In this document: in pieces, positions 50,881 through 64,000 of the stretch
Numbering within the stretch: position 1 is the first letter of the stretch
How the letters are laid out: every line of letters starts with the position of its first letter
Origin: the human T2T-CHM13v2.0 reference genome, Homo sapiens
Assembly (NCBI RefSeq): GCF_009914755.1
Contig: NC_060930.1
Length of the DNA stretch: 64,000 nucleotides
Reading direction: 5' to 3' (one strand)
Position numbers and translations under genes: made by a program
The notes under the pieces: generated by a model
What the model was told of the DNA's origin: nothing
What the model saw: only the letters and a program-made list of their open reading frames with translations
Databases searched by the model: none

Positions 50881-52861
50881 ACCACCATCAGGTGCCCTGT
50901 CCTAGACCTAAGCTATGATTGTCCTCCCAAGCTCTATCCTTCGTGGATTAGCATCTCCCATTGAGGCCCGAGTTCTGAGTGCAATGCCCACTGAATTCCC
51001 AACTCAAGACAGAAAGTGTCTTTTTGAAAGTGAAACAATGAGGGTGTTTCTTGAGGAGCTTTAAAGAATACTTTCTCCTCCACTCTCTGCTTGAATTTAA
51101 TCTTTTATATTTCCATCAGAAATAATTTCTAGTGTTCTTTCATCTGCAAATAAGTGCTGGTGTTGTCTTTGTCTGCATGTATTATTTATCATTCAATTCA
51201 TGGTGTGCGTTTGTTGATCAGCCTGTGGGTGTATATGCCTGAATTTAAATGAGAGTTTATCTGTACAGTCAAAGAAGTCCTTTAGGAAATCAACTCCCAG
51301 AAAGAGGCTAGGAAGTCAGAGGCTTGGCTTGGTGCTGATTGAGGAGCAGGTAGCTTGCTTTGCAGGAGTTGGATCCACTGGGGGCAGGAAGGCACGCTCA
51401 GCTTTAAGATCAACAGGGAAGCGGATCTAGAAGCACCGAGGGCATTTCATAGATCTCATGCAGCTCTTTAGCAGCCTCAGTTCAGCCTAATTATAAGTTT
51501 CTAGATTACATAATGGCAACGATACACAGTAGATGGCTAGCTTGCATCTCATGAAGAATGAGAACCCATTTTCTGCTTTATAATTTACAATTTTCCTCAA
51601 AAGTGAAAATTGCAAGGAAGAGAAGCTGAAATGCAGTTCATTCATTCCCTTCTACTCTCAAGTGGTTATAGGTGCACAGAGGTTTTTGGTAGAAATTATG
51701 GACACTATTTGCAAAAATAGTGTAGCCAGCACTGAAAATAATAGTTCTTCTCCCCACTGAAGGATTTCTATCCCCATGGCAACTGGCAAACTCACAGATA
51801 TAAGCTGAAGTGACAAAACCCCGGAGACCTTTTGCTCACTGTGTGGACCCTGGATTTGGTTTTGTTTGTCTTGGCCAGGAAATGTTGGCAGGGTCAGCAG
51901 CTAATGGCCTGGCCTTTGGAGCTGCAGGCAAAATGTGGAGCAGCCCGGACTTTATCTGGATAAATTTCCGAGTGCAGACCTCAAGGGTTCACAGTTCTTT
52001 TGATGCACCTTGAAAGAGATTTTATTATGAGACTAGGTGCTTTTAAAAAGAATTACAAATTGGGAAATTTTCTTTAGGATTATTGAAAAAAAAATTAGGC
52101 AAATCTCCACAAAGGGCTGTATTTTCCTTTTCCCCTCTTCACCAAGTATTGAGTGTGAATTAAATACGAGGCATAGCAGCAGTCGAAGTGGAGTGACAAG
52201 CCTCATCCATGAGTAAATGCAACACGTGGCAGACGCTGCCGCTGCCCCATACACACACAGCGATAAACACAGGTCACTGTGGCCTAATAAACTTGAAGGA
52301 ATGTCAAACAACAATAATTTCCTTTGTGAATCTCATTCAAGAAAACATTTCAACGTCAAACAAGTCCTTAGAGCATTGTGTACTGTGGATGTTATTGGAC
52401 AAGCTGTCGCTGTAAACTGCCAGAACCTGGGTTGCATTTGAATTATGACTCTGGGAATATGACTCCATTCCCTTCTCCCTCTTGCTGCCTTTTTCCCCTG
52501 TTGGCCCTTCCCTCTTTTCATCAGCACTTTTTATAGACTGTCTCATTAGTCTCTAACTTCATGGTGACTTTTCTTCATTCCTAGTGGGAAATATCCTCCC
52601 CTCAAATTTCACTTTAAAACATTACAGAAATGTGGACCTTAACTTGCTGACTTCAGAACCATTCGCGTCCACCTGAGTGTGGAGTTTCTGTTCTCCTAAT
52701 AGAAGCCTTCTCTGCATCCTTGGATCACTTACTCTCCTTTTCCTTTTGGTGACAGAGTTCACACACAACTTTCTGTTTGCCCCAACCAACAACACAACTT
52801 CCCTTTGCTTTAAGATGGAGCCCAACTTGGTGTGCCCTCCAGAGCCCCCATCAAATGTGTG

Positions 52862-53290
52862 GTGAAAAGTGCAGACCCTGGAGGCAGACTAGCGAGGTCT
52901 GAGTTGTAGCTCTGCCACTTGCTTGCTGTGTTACCTTGGCAAATCACTTAACCCCTCTGTGCCTTCATTTGCTGCTCTTTCAAACAGGGACAATAGTATC
53001 TGTATTATAGGGTAGTTGTGAAAATTAAATGAGTTAACCTTTGTAAAGCTCTGAGAACAGTGCTTGGCACTCAGTAAACTCCATACAAGTGTAACTATTA
53101 CCATTCAGGGAGTGGTAATACCATGGATAACATTTAAAAAATGTTAACTAAGGGCCAAGTATTGTGCTGAGGGTTTCACGTGAGTTATTATTACATGTAA
53201 TCTGCACAAAGCCCCATGGGGTAGGTACTGTTATTATCTTGGTCCTAAAAATGAGGACGTTTGTGGCCCAAAGCCACCCAGTTAACAGAA
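52862..53290. mobile_element. Two MIRs tail-to-tail (+ 52862-53100, - 53140-53290)
   Basis: gctctgccacttgcttgctgtgttaccttggcaaatcacttaacc (+); ggccaagtattgtgctgagg...aaaatgaggac (-). Confidence 0.8.
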
Positions 53291-55829
53291 ACAGGTTCCT
53301 AACCTTGTTCTGTGCGGTAGTAAAGCACATATACTTATTACTAGGCTGACAGTGTAAGGATTTGTGTGTGTGTGGCAGTGGCATCAGGGGCTGGAGGGAA
53401 GGGGTACAGTTAGAAAGAAGCAAGCTTTTCAGGGAGTAATTTTTGTCTTATTAGTACCTATTTGGATCTGGGTATCTAATTCCTATTCAACAATGATTAG
53501 AGCTGTGAAGACGGTTTTAAACGAGTAAGTCTGTGAGTGGGTTCTCCCCGTGAACATTTTGCTAGCACGCATTTCTCAGGTTCTCACTAAATTATATATG
53601 GACTGGGAAAAGCATAGCCAATTTCAGAGACGGGTCCAGAGCTGGATAAAGGAAGAGAAGTTGGCAGTGGTTTGAATGGCACCTAAACATGCTTCTCCTC
53701 CCTGAAAATACTAACCCTCTGTTCCAATAAAGTCAGTTTGGTTGTCAACTAAGAGGGAGCTGAAAAAAATTGAGTCCAGGACATAAATTCTGATGAGAGC
53801 AAGAAGGGGCAGGAATAGAGGGCCCCTCTAAGGGAGAGGGCCATGGACAGTTGGGATTACTTGATGGAGTGAACACCTGAGCTTGTCTGGGAACTCCTAA
53901 ATGAAGAAAGTGTCGATAATGAAAGAACTACGAAGGATAACTTTTGTTTTACAACGTTGCCCTAGATCTGGCCTTGGGGTAGCTGATTAAGGTTCTGGAA
54001 ATCAACAGCTATTGCCCTTGTATTCCAGATCTCAGCCTCACAAGCACCATTTATTTTGGAGGGGTATTTAGTATTGGCATCATGTTAAATTTCAGCTTGT
54101 TAAAAGGCCACCATGATAATAATTGAAAAAGTCCTGCTTGGCATGTGGGCTATGGGGATGTTAAAGCTACCTTTTGCTCTTTCTCCTTCTTTAACATATG
54201 TATTCCAGCTGAGCTGATAACCAAACCCCAGCCTCCTTCAATAAATTTATGTCACTGCTCTGTCCAGAAAGGGATATCTCCATATTTACAAGGTTTTTTA
54301 TGCAAGAAGCAACCCTTTACCCCCACACCTTCTATTCCTTTTGTGGTTCTTTCTGGATTTACAAATGAAGCCTCTCCTCTTCTTTTTTTAATGGAGAATT
54401 TTAAAGGCCAAAGCGTTTTCAAATGCAGGGCAATGAAGCGGGCTGGTTTCTGGACACCAGACCTCTTCTGGAGGCCCTGGGTCTATCTCTCTTGCTGAAC
54501 TGCAGGCCACTGTCCTGGGTAGCAGAGGCTGTAGCTGCCATGCCTATGCATTCACCCACAATTCCCATGGCAATGGCATGAAGCTGCATGACCTCATTGA
54601 GCCTCATGCTCCCTGTCTGTAAAATGAGGCTACTGGAAGCAACCACTTCACAGGACTCTTGTGAAGGTTAAATAATAATGCACAAAAAAAATCTGGTGCA
54701 CTACTTATCACAGAGCGAGCACTTGATAAACGACAGTGAGCATCATCCCTCCAGTCTTGTCTGAGCATGGCCTGTGTCCTCCTAAGTGCCACAGTCATGA
54801 AAAGGTAAATATACTACTCTATGCTTGAGAAACTCAGGAGAGAACCTTATGATTTTCTTTAACTCCTTGAAAGCTGGTGCTAACTTACTTATGCCTCTTT
54901 CATTAGCATTAAAGGAATGCCTCGCACTTTCTCAAATCTGGAATTAAAATCAGAGGCTGCAGTCATTGCCCTGAGTTATACTAGGCATAAATAAAACTTC
55001 CCTGAGAAAGTTGGAAACTTGCCTAGATTGAGATTAATTAGCTCTGCATCTCCAGAGTGTGTACATAAAGGTGCACTGACTTCTCCCAACTTAGAAACCT
55101 TGTTATTTAAAGGCCTTTAGGTGTTTGGGAGGGGGCTGCCCAGCACATTGATAAGGGCTGTGGCATCTCTGCTTGTGTTTGGGGCTTATGTGAGGGTGTG
55201 GTCCATCTGATCGTCGTGGTTAAGAGTTTTGGTGTCAGCCTTCTATTGGGCGTTTTCAGAATGTAATCAGCCTTAGCAGTTTTAAGAAGGACTCACAAGG
55301 TAGACTTTGGGCAAAACAGCCGAGTAGGGAAAACTTTGGCATCCATCTTCTCTCTGTCGGATACTGGAATTCCAACTAGAACAGTTCCAATGGACATTCT
55401 CTCTGCTGTTCTAAAAGTTACGGGGTCAAGGGATTCTTTTTGATTGTGCCTCCCAGGGCAACGCATCTTGAAAAGTCGTCAGTGATTGCTGTCTTTCATT
55501 CCTTTCTCACATTCTTTCCTAATAACCTCTCCAATCAGACGTTTGCCCCACCTCTGCATTCAAACTGCTCTTGTTAAGTTCAACAGTGTCCTCCACGTTG
55601 CAAACCCAGTGCTCCGAGATTTCATATTCCTTGACTCATCGTTAGCATCTGACACTGGATTATCCTCTGCCATTCAGAAGCATTCTCTGCCGGGCTCCCA
55701 GGGCCTCTTAGTTTACCCTCCACATCTCCAGCTGCTTCTTCTAAGTTTCCTTTGCTGATTTCTCCGGGTATTCCAGACCTTTGGACATCGGAGGGTCCCA
55801 AGCCCCGTTTTTGAACATCTTTTTCTTTT

Positions 55830-56625
55830 TTCCTTTTAAAATTAAACTGCTTTATTGAGATATGATTGACATGCAAAAAGCTGTAGATGTAAAATGCATA
55901 CAACTTGATGTGTTTGGAGATAAGTATTCACCTGTGAAACCATCCAACCATCATCACCATCAATGCTCTAAACTTATCCATCACCTCCAGAAGATTCCTC
56001 TCATTCCCTTTGTGGCTGTTATTATTTTTTCCTTCTGTGGTAAGAGCACTTAACATAAGATCTACCCTCATAGCAAATGTTTAAGTATACCAAAACAGTA
56101 CTGTTAGTCATAGGCCCTATGTTGTATAGTAGATCTCCAGGGCTTATTTATTTTGCATAACTCAAATTTGTACCCTTTGATAAACACCTTCCCCTTTCTC
56201 CCTTTCCCCCTCCCTGGCAACCAGCATTCTACTCTCTGTCTGATTCCATGTATTTGACTATTTCAGATTCCACACATATGTGAGATCATGCAGTATTTGT
56301 CTTTGTGTGTCTAGCTTGTTTCACTTAGCATAATGTTCTCCAGTTCTACCCATATTGTCACAAATGGCAGGATTTCTTCTTTCTTTTTTAAAAACAGAAT
56401 AATATTCCACTGTATGTGTAAACCACATTTTCTTTATTCATTCATCTGTCAATGGACATTTAGGTGGCTTCCATGTCTTAGCTATTGTGAATAATGCTGC
56501 AGTGAACATGGAAGTGCAGACATGTCTTTGAGATTCAGACTTCAATTTCTTTGGATGTACACCCAGAAGTAGGATTACTGGATCAAACGCTAATTCTATT
56601 TTTAATTTTTTGAGGGGACATCTTA
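55830..56625 (-). mobile_element. L1MB-type LINE-1 3' end inserted in an L2
   Basis: ctttattgagatatgattgaca...ttcatctgtcaatggacatttagg; ORF 56438-56677 carries ORF2-end text CTSMFTAALFTIAKTWKPPKCP. Confidence 0.9.
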
Positions 56626-56780
56626 TTTTTCTATACTCACTTCTGAGGTGTTCCAGGCTTATGACATTAAATGCCACCTATATACTGATAAGTTATAGAT
56701 TTAGGCCTTCAGCTTGTACCGCTTCCTGAAATCCAGACTTATATAGGGAATTGCTTATGCAGCATTGCCACTTGGATATC

Positions 56781-57260
56781 TGTGGTAGGCTGAATCATGA
56801 CTCTCTCCAAAAGATATTCATGCCCTAATCCCTGCAACCTTTATATGTCACCTTACATGTCGAAGAGCTAATGTGATTACATTAAGGATCTTGAAGTGGA
56901 GGGATTATCCCAGTTTTTCTGGGTGGACCCTAAATGCAATCACATGTATCCTTACAAGAGGGAGGTACAGGGAGATTTGACATACTGAAGAGGAGAAAGC
57001 AATGTGACAACAGAGGCAGAGACTGAAGTGATGCAGCCACAAGCCAAGGAATGCTGGCAACCACCAGAAGCTGGAAGAAGCAAGGAACAGATTCATCCCA
57101 CTGCCCCGGGAGGGAGCGTGGTCCTGCCAATACCTCGATTTCAGCCCAGTGAAACAGATTTAGAACTCCTGGTCTTTAGAACTCTGGGATAATGTTTTTA
57201 TTGTTTGAAGCCACCAAGTTTCTGGTAATTTTTTATAGCAGCCCTAGAAAACAAATGCAA
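56781..57260 (+). mobile_element. MLT1D-like MaLR solo LTR
   Basis: tgtggtaggctgaat...cagccacaagccaaggaatgctggcaaccaccagaagctggaagaagcaagg...aagccaccaagtt. Confidence 0.85.
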
Positions 57261-58160
57261 TATTCAATAGGCATCTCAAACCCTACATATCCAGAGCTGA
57301 ACTGCCTGCAAATCTGCTCATCTCCTTGTCCTCCCTGTCTCAGAGAAAAGAAAATTCTATTCTTTTAGTTGTTCAGGTCAAAAACCCTAGAATCATCCAT
57401 AACTCTTCTTTTTATTTCATACTTCACGTCCTACTTAGTGAATCTTATTTGCTCTACTTTGAAAATATATTCAGAATCAACATTGCTACTGAGCCACTGT
57501 CACCTCTTGTTTGAATTATTGCAACAGCCTCCTAACTTGTCTCCCTGCATCCTCCTTTGCCTCAGACACAGTCTAGAAGAGACCGCATGGCAGCCAACGA
57601 TCTTTCTTATGCCTCCCTGTTGCACTCAAAGCAGAAGCCACAGTTGTTACTGTGATTTCAAGGCCCTCTGTGACTTGGCCCCTAGTACCTCCCTCAACTC
57701 CATCTCATACCTTTTCTCACTCCATTTCAGCCACACTGGCCTGTTCTGTTCCTTCAATATTCTAAGCACACTTCTGCCTCAGGGCCTTTGCACTTGCTGC
57801 GTCCTCTGCTCACCTCCCAGATATCTGATGGCTCACTCCTTCACCTCTTTCGGATCTTTATTCCAATGTCACCTTCTCAGTGAGGACTCCCTGGCCACCT
57901 TATCTAGTATTGCATCCCTAGTAAATACCCCACCCCAAACATATCCATGCTTTGACTTTCTTTATAGCATTTATAACTCTCTGACATACTATATATGGAC
58001 TTATTTACTTGGTTGTTCATCTTTCTGTCTTACTGGAGTATAAGTTCCATGAAGATATGGACTTTTGTTAATTTTATCTATTGTCATATTCCCAATGTCT
58101 AAAACTGTACCTAGCACATGATAGATGTTCAATAAATACTTTCGAATGACTGAATGGATT
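57260..58160 (+). mobile_element. L2 3' region
   Basis: aggcatctcaaac...cagccacactggcc...cagggcctttgcacttgctg...ttcaataaata...gaatgactgaatg. Confidence 0.88.
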
Positions 58161-58994
58161 TCTAGTGGTGCTTTTGGCCGGGAAAAGAGAGATATTCATC
58201 CTCTTATCCAAGAAGACCCGTGGAACCCACAAACCTTTTAACTAATTAAGATTCACTGATGGCCTACAGCTAAGAGAGAGCCGTGTTGGTTAAGCAGAGG
58301 ATCCTTTGTTTAAAATGAAAAAAATAATAATAATTCTTGAATTTTCTTTGGCCTCAGTCACTCTCCCATTAGCTGTTTCAGTCCTTCATTCTTATTTATT
58401 TCCCTTAAAAGTTTTCCTGCTCTTTTGAATTTCCCAGGTTGTGTAAGTTACAGGAACGCTAGAAATGCTCAAGAGAAAGTGATGAAAATCTAGAATCATT
58501 TTGCTTTTGAAGTTTCAGTATTAGGAAACAATAAAATAACATAAAATACTTTTCCCCATAGGTCACACCTGGCCGTGTGAGTGCCACAGCTCTGCACCAT
58601 GCATGGGGAAGTTGCTCGGTATCTAGTGAATCCAAGTAATTGCAAAGCCACCTCACATTCATTGCTCTTGCTGGCCACCTGAGTGCTTTTGTGTATCCAT
58701 GCTCTGCACTGAAGATAAATTATGAAATGTCCCAACACAACGATGGGTTGTAAATTAGGACTTATTATGTCAGAACTTGGGACATCTACTCCCATCACTG
58801 TCACATCGAATAGGAGAGAATTTTGAACATTATAAGACGTCATTGGTCTTCTGTGCCAAGGACTGATCTAAGCACTATGTAAGTATTAATTAATTTAATT
58901 CTCATAACAACTCCATGAAGTAGGGACCATTACTAATATCATTTTTAAAAAATGAAACCGAAGCACAAAGAGGTTAATTTGCCACAGGTCATCT

Positions 58995-59408
58995 AGGGCT
59001 GCCATAACAATGTACTACAAATTGGGTGGCCTAAACAACAGAAATGTATTGTCTTACAGTTCTGGAGGCCAGAAGTCGAAATCACAGTCTCGGCAGGGAT
59101 GTGCTCCCCGTGAAGATGCTAGGGAAAGATCTGTTCGAGGCCTCTCTCCAGGCTTTTGGTTGCTCGCTGGCTGGTGGCAGCATGATTCCAGTCTTCATGT
59201 GGCACTCTCTATGTGTGCATGTCTCTGTGTCCAAATTCCTCCTTGTTATAAGGACACCAATTCTATTGGATTAGGGGCCCAGCCTACTCTAGTATTACCT
59301 CATCTTAGCTTAATGAGTTACATCTGCAGTGGCCCTAGTTCCTTGTAAAGTCACATTCTAAGGTACTGAGGGTTAGGATCTTAGGAGGACATAACTTCAC
59401 CTATAACA
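58995..59408 (-). mobile_element. MLT1C-like LTR inserted in a MIR (58840-59460)
   Basis: agggctgccataaca..gtactacaaattgggtggcctaaacaacagaaatgtattgtcttacagttctggaggccagaagtc. Confidence 0.85.
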
Positions 59409-61793
59409 ATTACTTGCCAGTTAGTAAATGGCAGAGCCAGGTCTTGAACCTAGCTCTGTTCTGTTGCCCCCCATGTATGGCTATGGTAGTGGCAGCTGTC
59501 ATTATGTGAAGCCCAGAGTACTTATTCGCTTTCATTTCCTACCTTCATGGAAAAAAAGTATGTCATAGGAGAATAGAACTGTGGAAGATGTTTCCCAATT
59601 TTTATGACAGATTCTATGTGTTTTCGAGTGTTTGAATTGTATTTGTGACATTTTTGATGGCTTTCCTCTGGGTTTTAGGATTTACATTGGGGCATTATGG
59701 AGTACAGGATGGGGGCTGGCATGATTCCTCCTACCCAGAGACTAGCTGGAAAGCAAATGACTTATTCTTGCATTCCTTAACCAGTAAATAACTATCAAGG
59801 CCTCCTATTGTGCCTGGCAGCGTGCTGGGCACAGGAGTAGCTTGTGACCATATCAGACATCAGGCCTGTCCTCTTGGAGCTCACAGTCTTATTACCATAA
59901 ACTGGGTCACTACAAGAGTGTGATAGATCCCTGGAGTGGGGTGAGCAGGTCACAGAGGCCCGAGACCAAAAAGGAAGGTGGCGGTGAAGACTCAGCTTTT
60001 AGTATTGATGAACGCCGATTACCATGCATGGAAAGTCCTGGGTACAGTTTCATATCTTAGAAGAAACAGTGCTGTGGATACATGTGGATAGCATTGAGAT
60101 CACAGTACTTTCCTGTTACTGAGCGATGAGAAGGATTCAAAGAAGGTAGAGTGAGGGAAAACCAAAATGGCTGCTTTCCTGTGCCCCTTCTGTTGTGATT
60201 TTCTGTGCAATGCCTCTCGCCCCTCTGCCCTACCTGAACTCTGTGTAGCTGGGGTCAAAGGTCAAGCTAGAAAACAAGCTGCTGGAAGTGTCACGGCTTA
60301 CACAGGGGGCATCTGGAGTCTGTTTCTTCTCCAGGTGGAATCCTTCTTTATCTCAGTCTCCAAATACTGGAAATCACACTTTCGGTCACACTCTCCCTTC
60401 TCTCATCTTAAAGCTAAAGGCACAGATGGCCCAGAGCACTGGTAGGGCAGAGAACACACCCAGGACAACTCTCATTTGTGAGAGAAGCCAATCCCAAATG
60501 AGAAGGTGAGATCTGGGGCAGCCAGCATGGTGCAGAGAGTGCAGTGGGGGGCCAGAAACACATCCCAGCCTGGAGAGAGGCAGGACAGGCGCTGACCTCA
60601 ACAGGAGGGGCAGCCAGGGAGAGCCTGGGCACACCAGAACCCAAACCCTATGGTCATGAACTGGTTTTCACTAGTTCCTGGATGCTAAGGAGGTGGGATT
60701 GCCTCTCAGAGACCCATGTCTACCATCTGAAGTTGTATGTTTAGGGATTTCTACATGAGCGGTATGGTAACATTCATCAAATTCTGATTCTGGTTTATTG
60801 GTCCAATCTTTTCCCAAAGGATGCTTTTGGTACATTCTTAAGGTCCTTAATTAAATAACCCTCCCAGGTGTCACTTTAGTTGGTTGCCTGGATGGAGTTG
60901 ACCTTACCTAATAATTCAAATCTACTCAGTGGCCAAAGTGAGAAAACCCAGAAAACTACACACCTTCCAGAATGGAGCTTAAACAAGGCTTATTTCAGTC
61001 TGAGTCTATTACACGTTATACCCCCACTTTACAGCAGGGACTGAGTTGATAATTTCTTTAACCCGCATAACACCAAACACAATGTCTTGCACATGGTAGG
61101 CATTAAATACATATGTTGAATTAAACCACATGTTTTGACGTTGTCAGTGAAACCTGCATATACTTGGTAGGGGTTTTCAGACACCCTGTTCCATCTTGCC
61201 CCATAAGGCTCCCAAGATCTATGAATTTTGACTGTCTAACCACATCCTGTTGTGCATGGGTACTTGCAGCCAAGTGCTTGCAAAAGCAGTTAACACTAGT
61301 GATAAAAGATCACCCAAGATAATGTTCTATAATTGCCTCCAGAGTAGGAGAGCTATTGCTGCTATTGTTTGGAAATTAAGTACAAGCTGAGATTATCCTT
61401 CCTGAATTTAGAAGAAGGCAGATTCCAAAAGTGTCTCTCATAGAAAAAAATCTCAGCATTCAAATTGGACTTTAAACACTCACATCTTGACAGGCATGAT
61501 ATCTGATACACAGAGTAGATAGCCCCAGTTAAATAACATGCTGCAGATCCATGTGTAGATTCTAAATCTTAGTGAAAAGGTCAGAGGACTGCCACCCTCC
61601 TCGTGGGAGCTTTGAGTATCATGTGTCTGGGTGGTGAATTCCCAGGTTGGACTGGAGGGGTTTACTGTCCTCCAAGAGGCAAAAATTAGGAGAACTTGGC
61701 TTCAGTCTGCCTTTGCAATTGCCTGCCTCTTCTTTTCAATCCCCCCTCCCTTCCATCCAGCCCTCAGAACTCACTTTAAGAACGTGAGGGCCT

Positions 61794-62078
<285 letters not shown>

Positions 62079-62482
62079 TTATATCTAAAAGTCACTACTG
62101 GCATCTCCTTCCTTTATATTGGACAAATAAAATGCAAACCCAACTGATACAGCTAAGAAGTATGGAATCCAGAGAAGCCACAGACTTACACCAGTGTGAA
62201 ATGATCGTTCGGTCACGTGGCACAGAGAAAGTGCAAAAACATGGAGTCTTCGTGGAAAGGCCCTGCTTGAGCCTTTCTGTCTATCTGTTACACGTTTCCT
62301 TTCTCAAGCGTCTTACTGCTGGAGTCTCGCATTGTGGGAAAGGGAAGAGCTGTCGAAGAAAGGCCTTGATGTTCTTAACTGCTCCGAGGTTAAGAGCAGT
62401 TCAGACAAATTTAATGGAAAGACATTTAAAGGATCTATGGCAAGAATTATGCTTCCATTGTGTGCAGCCTGCTGAATTCACC

Positions 62483-62525
62483 GCAGCCATTTTGGACAAC
62501 GCCCTCTGCTGGTGGTGGTTGCAGA
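62483..62525 (-). promoter_or_regulatory. CTCF motif with adjacent YY1-like motif
   Basis: Minus strand CTGCAACCACCA-CCAGCAGAGGGCG (core plus upstream-motif-like CTGCA); + strand gcagccatttt at 62483-62493. Confidence 0.65.
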
Positions 62526-64000
62526 CTACTTGTTCATTAAGACAAGGACCTCTGCCCAAGTAGGTTTTTTCTTGTTACTATGTTGGAATGATTAAGATTG
62601 GGCTCGTCTACAAAGGGGCAGCTGCTTTAGAACTGGTCTGAGGGTCCGACAGATGTGTTCTGGTGTGGGTACAGATAGAAGGCAGGAGGAGTAATAGGAG
62701 AGAAATGCAAGGTGCCTGTAGTTCTGTCCAGGAAGTTTTCTGAAGACATTTCTTCTGCTGAAGACTTTGCTTAGGAGGCATCCTCCTTAAACCAGCACAT
62801 TCTTCATCTGAAAGACTTTACTGTTTAAGATTCAGAAACCGGCTAATTTACTGCTCACTCTGCAAATGTTCTACCCGTTCTATGTCTTTGACTGTCAAGA
62901 TAAATGAGATAGACTAGAAAGCATCTGAGAGTTAGGAAAGCACAAGGAATCATGGCATTTAAGGTGTGGTAGTAGTATGAATTTCTTTTGTTTTACAGAA
63001 GAGGCCTGTTTAGTAGGTCTCCTGCCTCCATGTCCTCTGTGGCCGCTCGCCCTGGATACATTTTTGGGTGGAAGGAGAATCTGTTTCTGTATTATTCTGC
63101 AATTAGCATGGCCTGGTCATTATGTCCCAAGCACTGTATTCTTCCAGCGTCTACTCCTCTGTTTCCAAGTGATCCAGTAGATCCAGGGAGGCAAAAGGTC
63201 ACTGTCCTCATGGAAAGGTTAGACCTCTATCCATCCACAGTCTCAGAATAATTCTACAAAGATGTAAATATCATAATTGTGTTTGGGCACAATTTGAAAC
63301 TTAGGACTGAATGATTTAGAGAGGATGACTGTGTCCTGGGTCTGGGACAATATGCTTACTTGAAATCATTCATGCAGGCATGCATTCAACAAATAGTTTC
63401 TGGACACCTACAGTTGCCAGACTATAATTAAAGGCCTCTGATCCACTCCTCTCCCTCTTCAGGCTTTTTGTGATATGGCCCCACCCTACCTATCGGATCT
63501 TTTTTCCCACTCAGGCATAACCTGCTTTACTGGCTCTCAAACAAGTGTGTGTCTGGAAGGTGTGTCGCTGCCCGCCAGCATGCTGTGTGTGCTGTCAGCC
63601 AGGCCTCCCATCTGAATGTCACTGGTCCTCAGCATGGTGCACACACAGCAGATCTCCAATAAATCTTTGGTTCATTGATTAATCTGTAAAGCTACCATTG
63701 TTGAGCATCTGCAAAATCATCAATAAGGAGTGTCTTAGCTCCCCGATGCGACAGAAACAGGACATATTGAGAAACAGAGGAATTTAAGGCAGTTTCTGCT
63801 TTGAATTTGAGACTGAAGCTAATTCAAAATGCTGTCAGAAATTTGGAACCATTTTGCTGGCTAGAACTTGCTAGTGAAGGCATAGAGAAGCGTGTTTCCT
63901 TTTCCTTAGGGCCCATTTATAACATCCTGGAAACTGTCCTTGGATCCTAAGTCTCTGCTCTCTGTGTGCTAAGGCCTCCCTCTCTAACCCCTCACCTCCT

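Noticed and set aside
57369-58043. Longest ORF (224 aa)
   Set aside because: Lies entirely within an L2 3' region, has a non-ATG start and low-complexity L/S/C/F composition, and shows no protein family resemblance.

Overview
Primate (very probably human) euchromatic DNA that is non-coding and intronic or intergenic. Alu, THE1/MST, LTR9- and MER-type elements sit on a dense background of ancient L2/MIR/MLT repeats. I found no recognisable protein-coding gene, tRNA, rRNA or CRISPR array and could not identify the locus. All listed ORFs look spurious or repeat-derived, except fossil ERV-L protease/RT fragments at about 38.6-40.1 kb. Highlights: (1) a gap-free 237-bp inverted duplication (228/237 identical) of an ancient L2 fragment at 34395-34631/35863-36099, enclosing two convergent MaLR LTRs; (2) a repeat-free block at about 4.2-7.7 kb with promoter-like motifs and a cluster of minus-strand splice signals, which if spliced could give a 38-aa peptide ending in CaaX (speculative); (3) CTCF/YY1-type regulatory candidates at about 30.3-30.9 kb and 62.5 kb; (4) three structurally odd Alus. 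Repeat family names come from memory of consensus sequences, not from a database search, and boundaries of old repeats are approximate.
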